This document shows, in pieces, positions 36,281 to 43,418 of a DNA stretch of 43,418 nucleotides (position 1 is the first letter of the stretch; every line of letters begins with the position of its first letter). Location: positions 1-43,418 of the forward strand of contig MCFE01000706.1 of NCBI GenBank assembly GCA_002104905.1, written 5' to 3'. The notes below the pieces were generated by a model that saw only the letters and a list, made by a program, of their open reading frames with translations, was not told the DNA's origin and did not search any database. The position numbers and the translations under genes are program-made. The stretch is from Basidiobolus meristosporus CBS 931.73. Its lineage: Eukaryota; Fungi; Basidiobolomycota.

Positions 36281-37707
36281 ATGACACCCACTACAATAAC
36301 CGCTGAATCTCAGACGAAAAAGCGCGCCTTCTCTGTGGAGATTGATTATCCTTCAAAACTGGCCCCACAAGCCAAAACTCCTCGACCTTCTACTCAACAA
36401 AGAAGACGTATTTTCCTCAACAACCAAGCTTTACCACCTACCACTCTGATAACTACGGCCGACACTTACGAAAATGAGTGCTTTCATACCGCAGCTTCAC
36501 CGTTCAGAAGCCGGCCAAAGTTTGCAAGCTACTGAGCGCAGCTCTTCTCTATATTCTCAGTGCCGTTGGTTTCATTTTGTCAAACCTAGCTGTATACAAA
36601 GCAAGCCTTGCGGAAACCGACCAACTCGCCTGTTTTCACGTTCAGCGAAACCGCCCCTATGTGAGGACTTGAAAACGGAGTTAGCAACAGGTGTAGACGC
36701 AGGTGAAAACACGACATTGACAGCTTCGCCCGAGGGTAGGTGCAACAATGGGACGAAGTTGCTAATGGGAAAGGAATTAAGACATTGAGCCAAATAGAAC
36801 CAGCCTCTCTCCTTAGCAGGAATGTACCCCCAGCAGTTGAGTTTCTACAAAAAAGTCGAACCGATGCCGCAGCGTCACTTGAGGAACGTACGTCGCATCA
36901 GTCCAACGAGGGCATTCCAACACTCGGTGAGTCTCCCCCCCCCATATACATTCCATTCGAGGTGTTGTTCATCATCCCTCTGACGCGGATGAGGAAAGCG
37001 AATTTGAGGGGTTCAATCCGTAAATGAGCGCAATTAAGATGCGACTAAACATCACTCTGACTTATGTCTCTCCGAGATATCTGTTCACGGCCCTCCCCTC
37101 CCTATCGGCCATTTGTCTTACCCAGAAAAACTCAGGACATTACCTTGGGTACGCATGGTTCCTGGCATCAGGTTACACGAGAATGCTAAAGTGTAGCTAC
37201 GCCGATACACTCCTGAACCTTATTGACACCCAACGAGAATACATAAAGTAAGCGCATTTAATTACCCGTGTCTCGTTTGCTGACAGTGAACATGGGGCTC
37301 TGTAGACATCGCTTCTTTATGGACTCTTGCGTGTATGTTGAAGGGAATTATATCAAGGACTTGCGTATCCTAGGCCGTGACCACCGTTATGATAGACAAC
37401 TCGCCTATCGGTAAGCATTGTCTTTGCATTTACGAGTGAGCTCTGACCCTCATTCAAGTCCCCCAGCATTTTCTTATCAAATCGCCAATGAAATTCCCAT
37501 CAAGAGTTGGTATGATGACCCTATAAGTACCAGCTCATCAAATGTCACCATCCGTTGAATAACATATTACTTTGCCAGGACGATAGCGAACTCCTAAAAA
37601 TCTTGGAGTTTCTGCAAGCGCTTGTCGGGGCAGAGGATGTTCGTCCACTGATTCACGCGCGGTTCGGCATCACTAAGCTAGTTGAAGACTCGTTGCGACC
37701 TAGCTAG
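36281..37707 (+). pseudogene. Intron-containing pseudogene of an SCP/CTDSPL2-like (NIF/FCP1-family, HAD) phosphatase
   Basis: Exon peptides FNP|[59 protein letters not shown]|AFSYQIANEIPIKSWYDDP|DDSELLKILEFLQALVGAEDVRPLI. GT-AG introns at 37149-37196, 37248-37305 and 37411-37466. The DLDETL catalytic segment is absent; frameshifts at ~37106 and 37382; dead donor ATAAGT at 37523. The start at 36281 is tentative. Confidence 0.85.
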
Positions 37708-37874
37708 AAACCCTCCCCTCCATCCAATGATTCTTTTGGCCTGCAGCACAGCAGTAACAATGAAAATAAACACGTCTTTCAGCAGCACTCAGCTCAGACT
37801 CAGTATGATATTAACACCAGTATAGCCTCGGATTAGGTTATTATAGACATGGCATGACAGTTTATTTCTCTCGA

Positions 37875-38080
37875 CTATTCCAGCATTGCTCGGGCATGTT
37901 TCTCTTGTTTCTATAGAATTGGTCAACCAATGTTGCATCAATAGAGTAGGTAGGGATGACACGAACCTTTAACATATGCTGCTTGTGCTCCTCCTTCTTC
38001 TCCGCTTTGGACTTCGGTCTATGCTTGTCAGTCTTCATTTTTGGGTTTTCCTTGTCCTTGGAGGTCTGTTTGCGAGGCAT
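37875..38080 (-). CDS. Putative 49-aa Lys/Glu/His-rich microprotein, 2 exons (38080-37967, 37910-37875)
   Basis: ATG at 38080; phase-0 56-nt intron GTTCGT...TTGAC...CTATAG, the same size class as neighbouring introns. Product: MPRKQTSKDKENPKMKTDKHRPKSKAEKKEEHKQHMLKKQEKHARAMLE. No family recognised. Confidence 0.55.
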
Positions 38081-38475
38081 GGTTGGGTATTGTGTGTATA
38101 ATTGAATGGCTGCTGGTGTTGGACGTCGGGTGTCTTATATACATTTCGACCTCGAGACTGTCATCTACATTTGTTCGAGGGAATTTTCAGCCACATAACG
38201 CAACCGATTGATCGAGCCGAACTTGGCCATCTTCGTACGATTCCACCTGAAGCTGGATAAATATAATTGTGACTGATGATTGGCATTCCATATGAGTGAT
38301 TAACCATGACCAAGATGGACATGATAAGGTGCGTATGTGGGCCTGATTGAGAGCTAGACAAGTCACGGATACTATTTCGCACATGTTTAGCTTCCAGCTC
38401 TTACGTTGACATCTCAGTTAAGTAACAGGTTTATTGAATATTCGGTGAAAGCCGCATGGCAGCAAATGGCCCGAA

Positions 38476-40293
38476 TCAACTCAGGTCCGCCAGATACAGG
38501 TGGTTCTCCGTCAAAACGAACAGGCCGGATTTACCGGACATCTGGATACCCAGTATGTCCTCGTGATTCCCAAGATCTATAATGCTCTGTTCGGAATATT
38601 TCGCGCCAACTTCCAGGCCCCTCCGATACAAGTAGACGTTCTTCTTGGACTCCGCGATGATGGCGAAACGGCAGTCCGTATCGAAATACATGAATCGTTT
38701 ATTCCGTTTGGACGCTTGGACAAAGCCAAGTGCATCAAACGAGGCACAGTGTTCGATCTGGAAATGGCCTGATTCACTAGGGGCGTGGAACCGGTAGACC
38801 AGGCCATCGACATCGTATCGCAGACACACAGGGAGCATGGCGTTCGCATCGTTTTGGAAGGGGAAGGAGGAGCACAACCACTCATGGCCAGCAGCAACCG
38901 AGATGTGGCTGATTTTCCCGTAGAGGTTGACTCTAGAGAAAGTGATTGCCAGGCCTTCGTAGTCGATCGCCTCTGTTTCATTGCCTATAGGCTGTTGTAT
39001 AGGGTATTGGGCTTTCTCTTGGGAAGTGTATTTCTCCAGCCGCTCCTTGATTTCGGCGAATTCGTTGGGATCTAGGGTTTCGGCAACCCCGTCGTCCACC
39101 TCGAACACATGACTCCATCTTGTTTTTTGATTCCCCTTTTGTAGATGAAGGGTCAACAAATGGTTGTCCTCAATGGTCCACAGGGACTCGTAAGGAACAA
39201 TATGATCGAAGAAGCGAGCGTTTTCGTAACTTGGTGTTGACGAGGAAAGTACTTTCAGGGAGAGCGCCTCTTTCTGGATGCTACACAGTATCTCGTTTTT
39301 ACTGGTTGGAAGTGGAAGTTTAAAACAAACTGTCACATCTTCGGAGGTTTGTGTCCAGATATAATGGTGGTCGCTCTGCTGACCACTGCTCCCAGCCGAG
39401 CCATCCTCTGGAACAACCTGGTTTTCTCGGTCACTTTGAGAGAAAATCAGCTCATACGAAGTACGCCCACCTAACACGTATCCAGTACCTTTGGGCTCTA
39501 TAGAGCAATACAATGGAATCTCGGAGGCTTTAAGTGTATGCAAGAGCTGGATGGTAAGTGGTGCGCCGATTGAACCACTGTGAGAGTGTGCGATTTTTAT
39601 GAAGTCGATGAGTTGCGCAGCTCGGTGAGTCACTCCACCTGGCTCCTGACTACTGAGTACGCAATAGATATGCTCCTCTACAAGCTTCGCATCAAGTATT
39701 AATGAAGGGTGGAGTTTGGTGTCACCGTCGCTTCCTATTCTGTAAGAGGCCTCGCCAACAAGATTAAGCACCTTGGAGGCAAGATCAAAGCGAACAAGAT
39801 GTAAAGTGCCAGTTCCATTGGTTAACAAAAGTAATTCCCTGCTTAGAGCATGCAAGGAAGGTAGATTCGTGTGTGACTCCTCAGTGTCCTCCGAGAGATC
39901 GAGCTTAAATCCACCAAGAAGTATAGGCAAGCCTTGAGATCCATTCTAATAAATATAGTTCAGCAATATACGCGATACGCGAGAAGGAAGACGAAATGTA
40001 AGTACCTGCTGGAATTCAATGAATACTATTCCGCCCTGTTCGTCAATGTAGAACAAGCCAAATCCTAAAAAGGGGAACAAATGGTTGAAGGTTGATCGCA
40101 CCTGCAACTGGGAATACGATATGTTCGTGCTTCTTGCCAACTTTTGTGTATATACTGGATTGGACAGAGAGCAGGACTTTAATCTCTCTTCTTCTTGAAA
40201 AACGCTTAGCTTGTAACCCTCGAAGCCGGGATTCAGTAGCTCTCGTCGAGGCCAGAGTTCGACTGGCAACGTGACTTGCGAAGAAATGGACAT
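38476..40293 (-). CDS. NUDCD1: NudC domain-containing protein 1 (CS/p23-like domain), 2 exons (40293-40006, 39945-38476), 585 aa
   Basis: N-terminal LWPRRELLNPGFEGYKLS; CS domain YIWTQTSEDVTVCF...SLWTIEDNHLLTLHLQK...RWSHVF; C-terminal RYDVDGLVY...FDALGFVQASKRNKRF. A 60-nt phase-0 intron (GTACTT...ATTAG) joins the two ORFs in frame. Confidence 0.93.
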
Positions 40294-41408
40294 TCTCGTA
40301 AACAAAGTTGGCCAAGTGCGTTTGTGTCATACAAACATTCCTTTCGATATATTATAAACAATCAGGAATTGTTTCGATTAATTCGTGCATAACCAACAGG
40401 ATTGTTGACTACCGAATCACATGACATGCCACAGATAATCTAGGTCATTTTGGTGGAATATTTGTTTGTGCCTGAAGCCTTGGAGTGTCAAGAAAATTTG
40501 CATGCATTGCTAGACCATCACTAACAAATAAATCATTTACCATATTATTGGTGGATAATCCATAAGAGCGTTATATCCATCTCAAGAACGTCTTGTGTAC
40601 AGAACTTACCGTAGCACAAACACCTGCTGAGAAAGCGAAGAATGCCCTTATCTTGTTTGACTATATTCAACCTCCAACTATTCTAACCGGCTGTACAAGA
40701 GTCCAATTCATTGAGCAGCAACTAACCAAATACGCAGGCCAGAGTATCCGAACTGTATCTATAATCGAACCATCGCGCGATTGTTGATAAGTGGACTTCT
40801 AAGTTGCTCACATGATTCGTAAAATCATTACTCTAGAATAGGATAGAGTCAATCCATCACGACAGCCACTGGGAACCTTAAATTGGGGACATTTCCATAA
40901 ATGAGCTAATCAGAGTTCTTGATGCTGTTTGACTACGGCTGCCATATATGGGCATCAGTATAATTCTTCACATTACTAATTCACGGAAGAGAGGGAGAGG
41001 ACATGAAAGCGGCACACTCCAAGAGATTGCGTGTTTCCTTCAAGATGCATGCTATCCTAGTGTAACGACGTCTTTCGCACCACAGAATATTACCCCAGGG
41101 GAAGCTTATTTCACGCACTCTGATGAATATGGCGTGATATGATGTTCGTATTTGGGAAATGACTTGAAATTGATAAATGTGCTTGCGAATTTTCGGGGGC
41201 TTTTATTGGTGAATGCCGCGGATATACATGGCAGGTGGAACTGATACGCTGTGATCTTGGCTCTGGTGGTCATACGTTTTTGGAAATTTCATTAGATTTA
41301 GTCCGTGATTTGTTTAGTTGGTCCGAAGAAAATTTCCACCGACTCTATAAAACGCATTTCTCGCGCCAACGTAGATTCACACAACCTGTCCCATACACTC
41401 TCTCCCCC

Positions 41409-42906
41409 ATGACAGACAAAGCCTCTGCCAACGACTTCGAGCATCAATACAATATCGCCAAAAAGGGTGATGAGTTGGGAGAGGTGACCATCCAAGGCAC
41501 AAGAACCGCCTCCAGCACCTCTGCATACTGGCATCTGCTTTGTATTTTGGCTGGTAGTGGATCAGTATCCTTTAGCATTTGAGCCAGTTGATTACTTGAA
41601 ACCGATGTGTATCTTGCTCTACTATCCTTAATTCCAATTCTATAGTTATCATTGCCATATGTCTTGGGAACCACTGGTTGGATCGGTGTCATAATCATCG
41701 TCCTCTGCACCCTCTTCGCCATCTATAACAACATCCTGCTCGTGAGATGCCTCTATGCTAACCCGTAAGTAGAGCAGTATCTGACCATCCATAGACGACT
41801 CGTGCTGATGTATTGCTTAGTGAGAAGCGCATGAATACCTATACCGATATTGGACAAGCCTCCTTTGGCATTGTTGGCAAAGTGGCAGTATGGTTCTTCC
41901 ACAACTCCATCGTCATCGGTGGCCCTATTGTATATATGATCTTGGCTGGAGGAAATATCCAACAGCTTGTGTCGCAGCTTGGGGTGACGCTCAAGAAGGA
42001 GTATTGGATTATGATCTGTGCTGCAACTGTGTTCGTCCCATTCGTCACCTTCAAGAACATCCGCGAAGTTACCGTTCTCTCCTTTTTCGGAACCTTCACC
42101 ACCGTCTTTGCCATCATTGTCGTGGTCGTCGTCAGTTTCGTTGGCACTAACCACCCCGTACCTGAAACCGAGCCTACCCATACATTTGTTAGCTGGAGCC
42201 ATGTCCCGCTTGCTCTCGGATCCATTGGGTTTTCTTTCGGTGGAAACGTCGTCTTTCCCCACGTTGAAGCTACCATGAAAAACCCCAAGGCCTGGAACAA
42301 AGTGATGTCTTTGTCGATCGGCTCGGTGTCTATCCTCTACCTCTTGATTGCTATCTGTGGCTACTATGTCTTCGGTTCCAGCGTCAAGGCACCAATCTTC
42401 GAGAGTCTTTCTACCAAGGACCCAGCCACCATTGCAGCAATGATCTTGATCACCCTTCACGTGCTTCTGGCTTCCCCTATCTTCTTGTTCGGTTTCGTCA
42501 ACGAGTTGGAACATAGCTTCAACATCAACCAAGAGCGCTTCTCCAAGATCACGTATTACTCTATCCGTACCGTGATCCGTACTGCCACGATTTTCTTCGT
42601 TGGGTTGATTGCGGTGGTTGTACCCTTCTTTGGTAACGTAATGTCTCTGATCGGGGCGCTTTCAGAGTGTATGACAGTTTTCGTAAGTGTAACTTCATTT
42701 CCATCAAATCCGAACCGATTTAGTAACTCGATCATCCTTAGGTTCTACCTGTTGTCTGCTATGTCAAACTCTTCGGATGGAGAAGATGCAATGTCGTACA
42801 ACTGATCTGGTTTGCCATCACCATCGCCGTCGGTCTAGTAGGTTGTGTCTGGGGATCCATTGATGCTATCATTGCACTCAAGAACGATTTCCAAGGCAAA
42901 AATTAA
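41409..42906 (+). CDS. Amino acid/auxin permease (AAAP, Aa_trans) family transporter, Avt1-like, 4 exons (41409-41564, 41646-41764, 41821-42682, 42742-42906), 433 aa
   Basis: The spliced frame is open (1302 nt). It contains AYWHLLCILAGSGS|LSLPYVLGTTGW, TYTDIGQASFG, FSFGGNVVFPHVEATMKNPK, PFFGNVMSLIGA and F|VLPVVCY, with multiple hydrophobic segments. Introns are 81, 56 and 59 nt, all GT-AG. Confidence 0.93.
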
Positions 42907-43418
42907 TGTACATTAGTATGCACGAGTTTTCTTTTCAAGGACAATATTTAGAGTTTTTTTAGTTAAACGGACATTTTTTTATTTGTTTAATTTCCCATGG
43001 ACAATCACGGACAATCTTCACACTTTCTTCATCTCTAGTAACCTGTTTGATACCAAATAAATCCACCCTCCCGAATACCACTTAATTTCGGAACGTACTC
43101 ATTTCCACTGCACGTGATCTCAACTCTAGATTTCACTTCATGGCTGTAGTTACGCGCATATCATATAGATAACATGTCAGATTCTTTTTTTCTCGGCAGT
43201 TTTTTGATATCTGAGTGATCCGTGGAATGTAGCTGTGTTTGAGACTTCAAGCGCCACCGAAATGAAAGTAGTCGCCTTAGTGAGGTAGCTCTTTGGAAAC
43301 AGTAGAAGCAATGTCGCCTCGAAAATAACCCGGTTTTGTTTCAAATAAACGTTCAAGCGGTGGAAAGGACAGTTGCTTCAATATGATGCAGTGCGTTGCC
43401 AACGGTCACGAAATCGTG

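Noticed and set aside
38161-38384. Short minus-strand ORFs between the microprotein and NUDCD1 (MVNHS faintly SET-like)
   Set aside because: Only a 3-residue resemblance with no other SET motifs; probably UTR or intergenic.
38500-39323. Several 67-134 aa ORFs overlapping NUDCD1
   Set aside because: Alternative-frame or antisense shadows of an intact gene.
40400-41380. 64-115 aa ORFs between NUDCD1 and the transporter
   Set aside because: No motifs or splice structure; consistent with a divergent promoter region.
41753-42532. 259-aa antisense ORF (and 41839-42300) opposite the transporter
   Set aside because: Shadow of the C-ending codon bias of the real gene; no recognisable motifs.
42950-43418. 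Possible ncRNA or tRNA downstream of the transporter
   Set aside because: No cloverleaf, A/B boxes or paired C/D boxes recognisable by eye.

Overview
Eukaryotic DNA, most likely fungal and probably an early-diverging lineage (inferred from 48-81 nt GT-AG introns, NUDCD1 and a CTDSPL2-type phosphatase; not provable from this window). There are two sharply separated domains. (1) 1 to ~36,160 is an almost CpG-free nest of dead or dying transposons: a PIF/Harbinger transposase remnant, two L1/Tx1-type LINE fragments, Ty3/gypsy elements, two inverted copies of a CACTA/EnSpm element with a divergent second ORF, and four Ty1/copia elements of two families. All four copia elements carry the half-tRNA-iMet primer site GGTTATGAGCCC (Ty5/copia type) or a close variant. 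One copia family contributes 8 LTRs within 13 kb and is nested at least three levels deep; TSDs let much of the insertion order be reconstructed. The youngest copy (25349-30843) is only four lesions away from a continuous gag-pol frame. (2) ~36,160 to 43,418 has normal CpG content and contains an intron-bearing SCP/CTDSPL2-like phosphatase pseudogene, a probable 49-aa spliced microprotein gene, intact NUDCD1 and an intact 4-exon AAAP amino-acid transporter. The best lead for an undescribed system is the half-tRNA-primed copia family: it inserts only into other transposons here, and the consensus of its integrase tail reads LISSPP, close to the Ty5 heterochromatin-targeting motif LDSSPP (this link is speculative). 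Also notable are a 209-bp MITE with a 10-bp-periodic internal array, an 804-bp TGT...ACA element with a 4-bp TSD, and short templated patches copied between elements. All alignments and counts were done by eye; coordinates given with ~ are approximate.
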